NCBI RefSeq assembly: GCF_018350175.1
Contig: NC_058368.1
Location: forward strand, 208,570,001-208,634,000
Direction: 5' to 3'
Length of the DNA stretch: 64,000 nt
From: Felis catus
Taxonomy: Eukaryota
Below the pieces are notes generated by a model. That model saw only the letters and a program-made list of their open reading frames with translations. It had not been told where the DNA came from and did no database searches. Positions within the stretch are counted from its first letter, which is position 1; the number at the start of each line of letters is the position of its first letter. Shown piece after piece: positions 51,836-64,000 of this stretch. The position numbers and the translations under genes are program-made.

Positions 51836-53829
51836 ATGGGTATGATAAATTAGTATTAAAAAGCACCCAGGACCATGTCTGGAACCTAGAAAGGGTCTCT
51901 GTAAACATCAGTTTACTGTCACTACTGTTGCTATATTATGTCACCACTACTACCTGAGGCCTGAACACAGAACCAGAGCACTACCACCACCTTACCATTC
52001 CCCTCAACTACCCCATCAAACCAGCTAGGGAGTTATTGACCTAGAAAGGGCTTATCTTACTTAGACAAATATTTTCTTTATTTTTTTCAAAGAGCTTTCC
52101 CATCTTCTATTTTACTCGGTCATTCACTCAAACTTATGAAGCAGGCAGGGCAAAATTATGCCTACTGTTCTCATTTTAGAGCTGAGGTTCAGAGAGGATG
52201 GCTGTCCTCCCACCCACCCTTCCTAATCCGTGTCTTATTCCATCCTCCATTTTGTTTCAGGAGATTCATCCCTGCCCAGTGTGAGAGGTGGCTTTCTTCC
52301 AACCTGATTGAAAATTCATTATCTAGATTTCCCACAGAAGTCATAATGTAACAAGTGTTGAGTAGGATTAATTGAAATACTCCTATTAATACTACACTTC
52401 AAGTATTCCATGAATTAAATAGGTTTTTGTACACAGATCTTGGGGAACCCAACTCACCATGTAAAACATTTGAACTATTATTCCCAAGGAAAAACAAGCC
52501 CCACTATTCAAGAAATAAGCATATGAATGAATTTGGGGTATGACTATTTGTAAGAGGGGATTCCTGCATGAGTGCTGACACCAGTACTGGCTTTAAGCAC
52601 TACTAGGAGCCAGTTAGAGGTTGTCCTTTGTCTGCTTCCCATTCCCTATGTTCTGGGGCTCACCCTTTTGCAGCCAATCTGTTTTCTTCATCATTGCTTA
52701 TACTAAATAAATAGGACAGAAGCAGAAGCCAAAAGTCTAGGTATCTGACTTGGCTCTGTCCTAATCAGTTTCATGACCTCAGAAAAGTCTTTTTACTTTG
52801 GTTTCCTTGACTATAAATCAAGGGAGGGGGGCGGGGTTCAGGAACTCATGGTAGGTTTCCTATCAGCTACAAAATTTCTCAGTCTGCTCTGTGTCACCCT
52901 TCCATGGGGTCTGATATTTGTCTGATAACCCAGACTCACAATGCTCAGTTTCCTCTCATCCTACATAGTGGTTCTAAAGTCTCAAAGAGGGATCATAATG
53001 ACCCCAAAGCCTTCAACACACAAAGGAATTCATTGCTAGCGTTGGGAGTTCAGGCCCCCTAAATCCTATCGATGGGGGAACAGCACATTCTCCACCCTCT
53101 CACCAGTCAGCCTGAGGCTGGAGAGAGAATGTTTATGCAGGCTGAAGTGAGCAGAGTAACTGGAGCCATGAGGAGGTCAGTTGGAGAGAGTCATTCAGGT
53201 GCAGACATTGCTCCTCAAAACCCAAATCCCTTGGAGAGCAAATTCCTTCAGCTGCCTGAGCTGGGGCACTTTTCAGTGCGGTTGGTACAGAGCCTCCTTC
53301 CCAGTGAGAAGCACGATCCCCTCTCCCCAAGGACATTGGTGACCCCCACAGAACCTTTTCTCCCTGACCTGCATGCTGGCCAATCATGCTCTTCTGAAAC
53401 TAGATACTGTGAGGCCAGACCTGTGCATAGCAAAGGAGGCCGCCCAGCTCATTAATCCAATGAAAGGATAGCTTTACACAGGGCACATAGCGTTCCACTC
53501 AGCCCATAATGCCTGCATGTGTCTGGGGGTGGCATTGCTGTTAAATATCCAAGACAAATCTAAGCCTGCTGAGCAGTCCACCCACTCTTGTCAACTCTGA
53601 GCAAAATAAGTCACATAGTGTAGTGTAACGCAGGCCTAATGGTTCTAAGACCCAGGGTTTGGCCCGGTTTCTATAACTTGCTTAATAGGTGACCTTGGAT
53701 AAGTCATTTAAATTCCGCGGGACCTCTGGCTCTAGGATTCTATCAATAGAACCACATATAACAATGGAGTTATGACATTCCTTACTTTTATTTTCTCTCC
53801 AAAAGAAGGCTAAAAAAATGAAAGAAAAC

Positions 53830-53945
53830 AAATATCAGATAGCTTTGACATACTAGTCTTTCAATCCTCCCACTAATCCAGTGAGACAAGTATTATTATC
53901 CTTAATTTACAGATGAGGAAACAAGGGTTCAGAGAGGTTTAATAA
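53830..53945 (-). mobile_element. MIR remnant
   Basis: tattattatccttaatttacagatgaggaaacaagggttcagagagg. Confidence 0.8.
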
Positions 53946-53946
53946 A

Positions 53947-54170
53947 TGCTATGAGCTGACTTGTGTGTCCCCAAAATTCACAAGTTGAAGCCCTAACCCC
54001 CAGTGTCACTATATTTGGAGACAGAGTCTTTTAGAGGAGGTAGTTAAGGTTAAATGAGGTCATGAGGGTAGAGACCTAACTCACAAGACTGGTGGCCCTG
54101 TAAGAAGAGAAGGACAACCCTTCCCCCACCACATGTACAGAAGAGAGGCCAGGTAAGCACACAGTGAGAC
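53947..54170 (+). mobile_element. MLT1A-like LTR, 5' half only
   Basis: tgctatgagctgacttgtgtgtccccaaaattca...gttgaagccctaaccccc...ggttaaatgaggtcatgaggg. Confidence 0.8.
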
Positions 54171-54889
54171 AGTGCCTGGCACAGGATGTGCTCGAAAAAT
54201 ATATTTGACTGATGACTCCATGACATTCATTTAAACCTGAAAAGTGAACTTGAACCTCTAGTCTCTGGGCTCAGGAAGTTGAAAATACTTTTAAATTTCC
54301 TATTACTTAATGAATACTTCAATTTTAAGAATGACAGTCATAAACCATTCAACTAGAACTGGACAATTACAAATTTTTGAATGGTTTTGTTTTCTAATTA
54401 TCCATCCACTTTAAGTCTAAATGTTCTTGGTGCTAGTTCCAGGGTACCATTAACACTGGAACAATCAACAGAAAGCAGACTCTACTGGTTTATAGCTTCT
54501 ACTATCATTTCTTCTATTTGCTTTTATCACAGTCTCTTATGGTCAGGGTAGAGAATAATTCAGGTTATCATTTATGTTATAACACATAAAATTTATTTAC
54601 TTAACTGTCCTGACAACCTCCAAGATTGTTGGGGGGAGGGGTACAAACAGTGTTTATTAAAAGTTACCATCTATTTTTCAAATGGAAAAAATTACACACA
54701 TGTGTAAGTATTCATGAATGTACATATGTGTGTAATTGCCTGGGCCTACACAAAATATCCTTGAAGGGATTCACCAGAAACACTGATAACACTGGTTTTC
54801 TCTGAGGAGAACTTGGAGGATCGAAAGAAGTGGGGAAGAGAGGCTTTAAAAAATATTGCATGTGTGGTTTCTTATAACTATTACTTACT

Positions 54890-55470
54890 ATTCTATTGTA
54901 AAATGTGCAAATCTTACGTGAACAGCTCAATGAAGTTTTACACAGGTATCCACCCATATAACCACACCTTGATCAAAATACAGAACATTTCCAAAACCCT
55001 AGAACATACCCCTGCTCCTACCTAGTCAATACCCAGCCCCCAAAGACAAGCACCCCTGTGACTTTGATCACAATATAAGTGGATCCATACAGTATGTAAA
55101 CTTCTGTGTCTGGCTCCATTCATTAGATATTATGTCAATGAGATTCATCCATGTTATTTTTCATGTGGCAGTTCTTTTTAATTTTCATATAATATTCCAT
55201 TGTGTGAGTGAATATACCACAGTTTGTATATCTACTACTGTTGATGGACATTGAGTTGTTTTCAGTTTGGGAATATAATGAATCAAAGCTGCTGGGAGTT
55301 TTTTGGTAGCATTCTAGGAGTCTCGTGGTGGCCTTAAAGGTATTTTGGCTTTTGTAGCTATTTCCAAGCAGCTTTTCCAAGAGTTTGTTCTAATTTACAC
55401 TCCCATCATCTGTGTATGAGCATTCCAGTTAGTTGCTTCACATCACTGCTAACATTCGATATTGTCAAAG
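54890..55470 (-). mobile_element. Old L1 3' fragment
   Basis: acagctcaatgaagtttt...gatcaaaatacagaacattt...gttgatggacatt. Similar to 9690-10500. Confidence 0.8.
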
Positions 55471-56417
55471 GGAGACATTCAGCAAGAATCTCTATGGAGA
55501 GCAATATATATACCCTTCTGCAGCTTTTGATTTAACCGTGCATACATATTGCCTATTTATGATTAAATAAATAAAAACGTAGCATGAACACTTAACAAAA
55601 ATGAAAGACACAAGCTGGAAAAAGTTATTTATCTATATTTAATAGAGATGAATGCCTACGAAGTCTCCAGATATTCAGTACACAAAGGGAACCAAGGGCC
55701 CTGTGACTTGCCTTCTGTAAGTGGTGCTGGGAATCCCACTGACTTGTCAGCCTGAGAAAGAGGCAGAAACCATCTGAGACATGAAAAGTGTCAAGGACCT
55801 TAAAAGACCACTGCTCTGGCAAACCTCACTATTGAGAGTGGCCACAGAAAGCCCTGGTGAATGAGAGAAATCACAGGAAGGCTTAGGAGGTAGCATCCAC
55901 AAAAGCAGTATCTAGGAGTAGTCTTCTCTGCCACCTCCAATGCTGGGACATCACCAAGAAATCCCTTCCAGGAAGCACTGGTATGAACAGTAGACTGGAG
56001 GGTCAAACCAGAGAAGCCCCTGTCCCATTTCTCAGGATCTCTGACACTATCACCATCTTGGCTGAATTATCTTCAACATCCAAAGAGAGATTACATTAGA
56101 GATCACCAGTTTTGGAATGCAGACTTCCTTGTGGAAGGAGGACAGCCATTCCTCAGCAGAAATGAGGTGACACTGGAGGTTCAGAAATTCTGCATAAAGT
56201 CTCCAGACAGCAAGAGAAACTACGCAACTTCCATCAGAGAAGACAACTTGGAAAGGATGGGTTAAATCATTTGGTTCAAGTGCTTTCAGCCATGACCCAC
56301 AAAAACAAAAACATTTCACACTGAAACCCAACATACACAATACCAAATCTAAGTTATCATCAATGGCAAGATATACCATAATTTTACCTCTAAGCAAGAA
56401 CAAAAAAGTTGTTCTTT

Positions 56418-56555
56418 TATAATAAGAAATAAAAGATAATAATAAAATATAATATACAATTTATATATAATTTATATATAATAATAAATAATAATAATAA
56501 ATAATAAAATATAATATATATAATAAGAAATAAAAGATAAAAATAAAATATAATA
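56418..56555. repeat. AT-rich block bounded by a 37-bp direct repeat
   Basis: tataataagaaataaaagataa(t/a)aataaaatataata at 56418-56454 and 56519-56555. Confidence 0.88.
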
Positions 56556-56619
56556 ATAAAACTCATCATGGTTTCAGAGATTTATAATGAAAAAATGTAT
56601 GTCTTAGAATATATCTGGG

Positions 56620-56793
56620 ATGGAATATAGAGAAAATCTCAAGAAAAATACCAACCTTCATTATATGCAATCAACTTTAGTATTTACTTTTCTGTTCTAT
56701 TTAATGTCATTTCTCCCCAAAATGCTGGTAATGACCCATTAAGTTGATTTCAAGTACATTAATGGGTTTCAACCCACAATTTGCAAAACACTG
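56620..56793. mobile_element. hAT-Charlie-type remnant
   Basis: tgacccattaagttgatttc...aatgggtttcaacccacaatttgcaaaacactg. Confidence 0.55.
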
Positions 56794-57978
56794 GATTAGA
56801 ATTAAAGCATAGGACTTCTAAATAATTGTATTAGGAACTCCAAAGAGTTTAAATAAATCTGGTGATAGGACAAGTGAATCCAAGTGATAATTACTATGCA
56901 CTATATCAGTATGCATCTCCGAGCTGAATTGCCTAGAAACCTGAGGTGGAGCAGCGTGTAAACACTGCTATGGGAATAATTCAAGACAGTGGTGTTGTGG
57001 ATGTGCATTGCTATAATTAAGCCAGAAGACATGTCAGCCAGGGCATTTCTGAGTGCTGATTCCTGCATGCCTCCTGTATGTTGTAAGGTATGTCTCCAAA
57101 ATTAGAGTGGCTGAAAGCCCCTAAAAAAGTGCAATAATCCTTCTCTATAACACCCCTGCCTGGGGGTGTCAGGCTACTATTTATAAACATGGGTTAGGAG
57201 GGGAAATACCCTAACTTCTGTTTTATGAGTCTCTACAGATCCAAGCATAATAGCCAACCAGAATGCTACTCTGATACCACAGTTTTCCCCGTGTTTTGGA
57301 GTCAAATCTTTTCCATTCACATGAGAGCTCAGGGAGAAACCAGACGAGGAGTTCTTTAGTTGTGTATTGAGTTGATCACTTAACTATGCACTGAGCATCA
57401 TCTGATGGCGTCATGCATCAAGCCACACAGATCACTGAATGAATTTCTACTGGAATTACAGACAAGTTGAACATCTTGTCAAGAGAGTGGTAGTACAGAA
57501 CAGACTGCTGAGTTCTATTTTGTGCTTTACATGGAATGAGGACTGGATAAAAATTATCCACAAAAACATAGAAATGGAAACTTTTGATTTTTCTAAAGGG
57601 TTTCCAGGAGTGGACTCTTCCCAGGAGCTCTATACACATGGATAAAACAAATGGAATTATTGTAATCTGAACAAAGTTTACTTATTTTTCCAACTTAGTA
57701 GGTTTTAAAAAAAAAAGTATATTGCCTTGGGGAAGAACATCTGAACATTTTCCCCCAAAAAACTAAAGTATCAGTGAGGTCAAAAGCAAATCAAGGAAAA
57801 TGTGACCTAAGAAACCAAAGCCAAAGTGTTAAAACTTAGAGCTTCAGAAGCAGATAATTAGACCTTTTATTGATCTCAAAAATTTTCTTTCCTTTTTCTG
57901 GCAGATCAGGCCCATTGCTATTCTCTACTAGAGCTAAGATCTTCTGAATGTTTGGAACCACGGCAATATATAGGTGGT

Positions 57979-58169
57979 CAGGGAAGCTATATATCATTGT
58001 ACAGGTTGTTCACTGCACAATGGTACCCAGCCAAGATGACTGGAGGCTGGCATGTAGCTCAAACTCCTTTTGTCCAATGTGTACCCTGGCAAGGGCTGCT
58101 TCTGCCTGGAGAGAGAGGTCTCTTTGTGAGTTTGCCACAAGGCACCATATGGGTTAGTGGAGGGCCTTG
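57979..58169 (+). mobile_element. MER91A-like hAT MITE
   Basis: caggttgttcactgcacaa...caaggcaccatatgggttagtgg...ccttg matches the recalled consensus. Confidence 0.75.
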
Positions 58170-59039
58170 AAAATAGGGAGGGAAGGGGTACAACTAGCTC
58201 TAGCACATTTCAGATATGTGGCAAATCACTAGCATTTCTTCCTAAATATCACCCAGCTCTAGGGAATAAATTGGCATTTCAATCCAGAAATCTGAGCCTT
58301 AGTCTAACTCTATGTGTACTTACCATATATCTGAAATGCAGTTGTAATGTACTCTTAGAGCTTATTTATTAAAATTTGGCTTGAAAATCCTCATGCAATT
58401 TGAGGATGAGAGCTGGGGGGAGAACAGAAGAGATGGAGGGAGAGGGAGTATCAGAACTGAGCACCTGTAACACAATAGTTTTCTCATATGTTGAAGTATA
58501 CTCAAACTATAATTATGCTCATTAAAACAGACTATACTTCAGCATATCTCCCATAACCTCGTACTCTGACCTCTGATCTTAGATGAAACAAAAACATTTC
58601 TTCCATCTGGAAAACTGACTGATTTCCATCAAAAACCCAGCAGATGTATTCTTTTAATTTTAAATTAACCAGTCAGAGCATGAGCCTAAAAACCAGGTAG
58701 GAGCATTTAGGGCTTAGCATAGGCATGACTTCAAATCTGGACCATCTACTAAGAAGCATCAAACTGGAAACTACATATTGCAACTTCTCATTCCAGCCCC
58801 AGCCCAGCTTCCAGTATCTTCTCCCACTGCTTTTTCATACAATCTCACAAACTAGTCCAACGAACACACCTGCTGCTCAACACACCCACCGTGGACCTGG
58901 CAGGCTGCTCCTTTCTCAGCAGAACACCCAACCCCTAAGCACCTTTCAAGATTCTGCTAATAAGCCTCCTCCCCTCTCCCTAAAACATCCCCTCATTCCT
59001 ACAGTTGGACCTAACTGTCAATCCTTTCAGTTCCTGGAG

Positions 59040-59366
59040 TATATTTAGCTCTATCCCACCTCAAGGCATTTCTGCACGTTCTCCAGTTTGACTCCCACTC
59101 GTACAACCCATGGCTGGCTTCTTTTCTTCCTTTAAGTCCCCCATGTTTAGACTTCCCCAGAGAAGCCATTCTTTCCTTTTTTACAGCCATTTCCCCCCCT
59201 AATTCCTACTACAACTTGTAAAAATGTATTATTTCTTTGTCTACTAGATTTTAATATCCAGTGAGGACAGGAACTTTATCTGTTTTACTTCCCTAGCACA
59301 CTGCCTGGTGCAGAATTGGTAAACATTCAATAAATACTTGTTGAATGAATAAATAAATGGATGAAC
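59040..59366 (+). mobile_element. L2 3' end
   Basis: gaggacaggaacttt...cactgcctgg...cattcaataaatacttgttgaatgaat. Confidence 0.8.
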
Positions 59367-59398
59367 AAACCCTACAGCATTAATTTTTACCTCTTATG

Positions 59399-59511
59399 TA
59401 GGGCAACCATATAATTTTTCAAATGAGGACACTTTTGAGAGTGAAAGTGGATGCTAATTACTAATTATGTTGAGATAAAACAGGCATAAACCAGGATATA
59501 TGGTCACTGTA
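59399..59511. mobile_element. MER94-like hAT-Blackjack MITE
   Basis: TIR-like tagggcaaccatat / atatggtcactgta and internal ggacacttttgagagtgaaag. Confidence 0.75.
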
Positions 59512-60329
59512 CATATACCTACTCCCATGTCTCATCGTTACCAACCAAACTTGTAAGATTCACATTATCTTTAGATGCCACTTGCGAAGCCACGTTCCTT
59601 TTGTGAAGACCAGATTCCTTCTCTTTGGGATCAAATATTTGACTTAATATTTCCATAAAACTGTTTCAGCTGTGTCATTAATATCAGCTCCAATAAGGCT
59701 GAACATTTTTTCTTTAGCATGGCCTTTGAACATGTCTTCACTGATAACAACAGCCTCACTCAAGGAGTCCAAAGGAAAGATCGCTTCATTTCAAGGCAGC
59801 TGATGCCACCTTGGATATCTAATTCAAGTTTATTTCACAACAGGCAGCATTAGTGCTACATTCAATGAGGCAAGCAATACCTCTGCAATGGCTCCACTCC
59901 AGCCTGGGAGCAGGATGGGATGGAGGAGGGCAGACAGAAGGCCAATGGTGGAGAAAGAGCCTTTTGGATTCAAACACTTCTGGACTGTAACTGGCAATAT
60001 CTAGAAGACTTCTAAAAAGAAGGGATGAAGAGAGAAGAGCATGAGGGTCTGAGATAAATATTTCTGGTTTGGTTTCCAGGGTCTGCCTCTTTTCAGCTGT
60101 GTGACTTTGAAAAAGTTAGACTTTGAGTCTCACTCAACTATCTGTAGGATAGATATAATCTTACTTAACCCTGGTACAAATGAGATGATTAGTAAAATAC
60201 CTAGTATAACACCTGATACATTATAAGTACTAAATACATGTTGTTATAAAAATAATAATCGTTATTATTTAATAAATGATGTCACTTTTATTATAAAGCT
60301 AGCATCTTATCATATAGCATTTTACTATA

Positions 60330-60555
60330 ACATAGTGGTCAAGAACCCCAAGTCAAGAGCCCTGGGTTCAAATTCTACCAGTGCCATTTAATATACATGA
60401 GGCCTCGGGGAAGGTATTTAACTTCAATAGACCTCAGAACTCTCATCTGTTAATTGAAAATAATTAAGCCTACATCATAAGATTGTTCTGAAGATCAAAT
60501 GAGATAATGCATATAAAATTCTTGGCACAAGGCTTAGCACATACTATTGCATAAC
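60330..60555 (+). mobile_element. MIR SINE
   Basis: catagtggtcaagaac...cctgggttcaaatt...ctcatctgt...gatcaaatgagataatgcatataaa. Confidence 0.8.
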
Positions 60556-60748
60556 AATGTGTTTTGGAGTAGAATTTATTAGAAGTACAGGTACTAAAAT
60601 AGAAATAAATAGCAAGGACAACAATCTTTTGACAAGCTTGTTGACCTGCCACAAGGGCAGGATTTGTCACAGTCTAGTGTGGTGTCCAAGGAACACCAGG
60701 GAGAGGAAAATGAAAACGAGAAAGTTGGGATATAAATTGTCCACTGAG

Positions 60749-60976
60749 ATCCTGAGAAACTTAACAGAAGACCAGTGGGGAGGGGAAGGGGGGAAAAAAA
60801 AGTTACAGAGAGGGAAGGAGGCAAACCATAAGAGACTCTTAAGTGCTGAGAACAAACTGAGGGTTGATGGGGGGTGGGGGAGAGGGGAAAGTGGGTGATG
60901 GGCATTGAGGAGGGCACCTGTTGGGATGAGCACTGGGTGTTGTATGTAAACCCATTTGACAATAAATTATATATAC
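60749..60976 (+). mobile_element. Felid L1 3' UTR-only insertion
   Basis: Closely similar to 47361-47585. Perfect TSD aaattgtccactgag (60734-60748 / 60977-60991). Confidence 0.95.
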
Positions 60977-62211
60977 AAATTGTCCACTGAGGATCCCAAC
61001 TGGAATAAGAGTAATCAGAATGTGCATCTTCCCTGATTGTTTCTAGGTGAAGGTGGTAAGAGTGACTGGAGAACAGGAATGAAATCCCAATCTGGTAGAC
61101 TTCAATGACCTCTATTTGGCCATTTGACCTTGCCATTAAAATCACATTAAAATGGCAGATTCTTTTATATATTACAACATTCATTTTGTAAACATTCACA
61201 GTTTAGTATTTCTCCTGTTTTTAAGGTCAACCATATTGTAAAATTCATACAATTTCAGTTTGGGTCCAAAAACTCCTCAAATTTTTGCCTGGTGACCTTA
61301 AAGAGCACACCTCCACCAGCCTTTGAATGCTTTCCTGACCCCACATTATTAAATTAATGTTGGATGAAAGTAGGAACATCTTTGCCTCACAAACGTTGTG
61401 ATTGTTTTTAAAAGAACACGACTAATTACCTTCCCGGACATCTGACTCATTATTCCATTCCATGAAGTTTAAGACATGGAAAAATTCATTTGGAAATTCC
61501 AATTTTAATGATTCCTCAATTTACGAAGAAATTGCCTTAGGATGCAAACTCTATTCCCTTGATCTTAGCATTTTGTGCAAATACGATTTAGTAAATACAT
61601 AATACATAGTGTAGAATAAAATATTAGAACTCCAAAGTTGATACATGTTGCATCATTTGATGAAATGGAACTGAAATTTCACACACAGAAATGTAGCACA
61701 TATGCACATACATACACAATGAGGAAGTTTAGTCTGAAAAATTAAAAAAAAAATTCCATTTGCTTGTAAAAAAAAAAAAAACGCTCTCAACTAAGTGGAC
61801 TAGAGACCCTCTGTGTACTTTGAAATTAAGAAACTGATGAGAGAGGCTTTTCAAAATCAATTATCTCCAATCTTTACAGAAACTGAAAAGACCACATTTT
61901 GGTGTTAACCTGAAAGAGCTCCTTGAAATCCAAATAAACATCATTAAAAGGAGAAAAAGAAGCACTTTTATAATAACCACGGCTGCTGGTCTGGTCACTA
62001 TTATGTATACCTAGACGTGCCATTTAAGAACCTGTTTTGCAAATCCTAAATGGGAAGGAAGAATTAGACACACTTCAATTTATATTTACCATTTTTAAGA
62101 GTGACTCTGATTTCTTACAATTTTTTTCTTTCAAATAAAATCATTTAATCTCTGAAGACTGCATTCCTCATTTTATGAGTAAATAATCTGAGACCAAGAA
62201 GACATACCAAG

Positions 62212-62393
62212 AAGGCGCAAAATTTAGCAAATAAAAACTCATATACAGGGATGCCTGGAAGGCTCAGTTGGTTAAGTGTATAACTCGTGATTTTGGCTCA
62301 GGTCATAATCTCACAGTTCATGAGATCAAGCCCTGAGTCGGGGTCTGTACTGAACTTGGGATTCTCTTTCTCCCTCTCTCTGCCCATTCCCTG

Positions 62394-62439
<46 letters not shown>

Positions 62440-62592
62440 CTCTCTCTCAAAACAAAAAACAAAACCCATAAATAAATAAAATAAAAATTGAAAAACAAAC
62501 ACCACATGAGAAATACGTACACTAAAAAAGTATTCATTGTTCATCTAAAATTCAAACATAATGGAGTATCCTGTATTTTATCTGACTACCTT
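62212..62592. mobile_element. MER53-like hAT MITE, interrupted by a SINE
   Basis: atttagcaaataaaaa on the left and tattcattgttcatctaaaattcaaa...tcctgtattttatctg on the right. Confidence 0.65.
62248..62500 (+). mobile_element. CanSINE with long (CT)n
   Basis: gggatgcctggaaggctcagttggttaag head, (CT)n at about 62400-62448 and an A-rich tail. Confidence 0.93.
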
Positions 62593-62816
62593 TCCCCTGG
62601 GTTACCCAGTTAATGAATGGGAGAGCCAACGCTAGAACTGGATGCCCTTTCTGGTGTGAAGCCATTCACGAACAATTATTCTTTGAAAGCTAGATGTTCT
62701 GGAAAACTAAAAGCTATGTAAGGCAGTCCCTGCCCTCAAAGAACCTAAAGTCTAATGGAAAATGCCAGTACATCAGGAAGAGAGGAGGGAGTGTCAATGT
62801 AACCATCTCAGCAAGA

Positions 62817-63024
62817 AAATGGTTCTCAGCCCTGGCCACACATTAAAATCACCTAGAGATCTTTAAAAAAAAAAACTTTTTTTTTTTTTTTTTTTTTTTA
62901 GTGTCCTGAGGTGCTGATTTAATTGGTCTGGGATGGGGTCAGGGAAATTGATCTTCCCCTTCCCTCCCAAAAAATATTCCTAGATAATTCTAGTGTGTGG
63001 CCTGGTTTGCATAATAAACCACTA
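62817..63024. mobile_element. MER5A-like MITE
   Basis: tggttctcagccctgg...aatcacctagagatcttt...ctgatttaattggtctggg...aaccact. Confidence 0.7.
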
Positions 63025-64000
63025 AGACTTAGAAATCTCCCCTAAGAAATATTGATTCACAGAGTGGATAGGTCTTTGCTAAAATGCACGTGTGTGTGTG
63101 TGTGTGTATGAGCGTGTATAGTGGGGAGGGTCCCAAAGGACCTTGCTTCCTGTATATCACACAGGTGTCCAAAATAGCCCTTTGGACTCTGTAGTAAGAT
63201 TTGTTGAAAGAAGAGCATTTTGCTGGAATTCATCTTCCCTCCGTTCTGATCTTTGTTCTTAGTCATTCCTTAGCCTATATATTGTGTAGCCTGTGTCCTG
63301 AAAAATCCATCCTAAGTATACGGTTCACATATCCCTTAAAAAGAGAATAATCAAGACAATAATCTATAGTCCCCTAGTCCTATAGACCGCTCAGGATACC
63401 CCAGTTACCTGGTGCTAGACATGGAGCCTCTGGTCAGGACAGATCCTGTGGGTTTGGCATTGTTTGCATATCTTCCCACAGAGGCATCCACTGAATGAAA
63501 GCCCTATTCAATCTTATGACTTCCCATGGAGAGATAAATAAAGTGAGTGTCTCGGAGTGTCTTCACCATTGTCATTATATTTATTGTCCTGGTTAGAAAA
63601 GGGTCAGAAAGCCACAACTACATCTTCCTCTGCTCAGTTATTATTACCAAAAGACAGAGAAGCAAACGGACAAAAGCAGGATTTCTCAATACAGTCCTCA
63701 CCTTCTCATTTCTCACATCAGTGTTAGGGAGGCAAGGTTCCTACCTCAAGTTTGCTGCATCTGTTCTCCAACTAGGCCATCTTCCAACACAGTGTAACTT
63801 AACATTTTAAAATCATTTTGACTACCAAGTCATCCAAAGTCCAAAGGAAATGATATCTAAGCCCCAACTCTGAGGACACATGCAGTTGTGGGTTAAGCCC
63901 TCTTCTAGAGGATCATCATCACACAGATGATGTATTTAAGCCATTGTATGTCATTGTTAACCCTCCCATCCCAGAATCCACCTGGGATCAATTCAGCCTA

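Noticed and set aside
53072..53455. 127-aa ORF in unique sequence
   Set aside because: No recognisable domain or splice context, and overlapping antisense ORFs suggest chance openness.
60594..61199. 201-aa minus-strand ORF
   Set aside because: It spans the antisense L1 3' UTR insertion and its flanks, with no recognisable protein.
1..64000. CRISPR arrays, operons, tRNA/rRNA genes or a novel multi-gene system
   Set aside because: The DNA is eukaryotic and repeat-dominated. There are no regularly spaced repeat-spacer arrays, and the tRNA-like motifs are SINE heads.

Overview
This is mammalian, not prokaryotic, DNA. It is an AT-rich, repeat-dense intergenic or intronic stretch of a carnivore genome, most likely a felid, judging by the CanSINE/SINEC_Fc-type SINEs and L1_Fc-type 3' UTRs. 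I find no convincing host protein-coding gene. The ORFs that resemble real proteins are LINE-1 ORF2 remnants, and the rest are SINE, microsatellite or random translations. The window holds about 15 tRNA-derived CanSINEs (most with readable target-site duplications, TSDs), several L1s of different ages, MaLR/ERVL solo LTRs, MIR and L2 relics, old hAT-type MITEs, a U6 snRNA retrocopy and many microsatellites. The most notable structures are a twin-primed (5'-inverted) L1, a candidate L1 3' transduction, two ultra-short TSD-flanked retroinsertions, a tailless L1 insertion, multi-level nested insertions, two palindromic snap-back-like scars, and a CRE/RFX/CCAAT motif cluster in unique DNA. I see no evidence of a new biological system. 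Repeat subfamily names come from my memory of consensus sequences and need RepeatMasker/Dfam confirmation. Boundaries of the ancient repeats are approximate.
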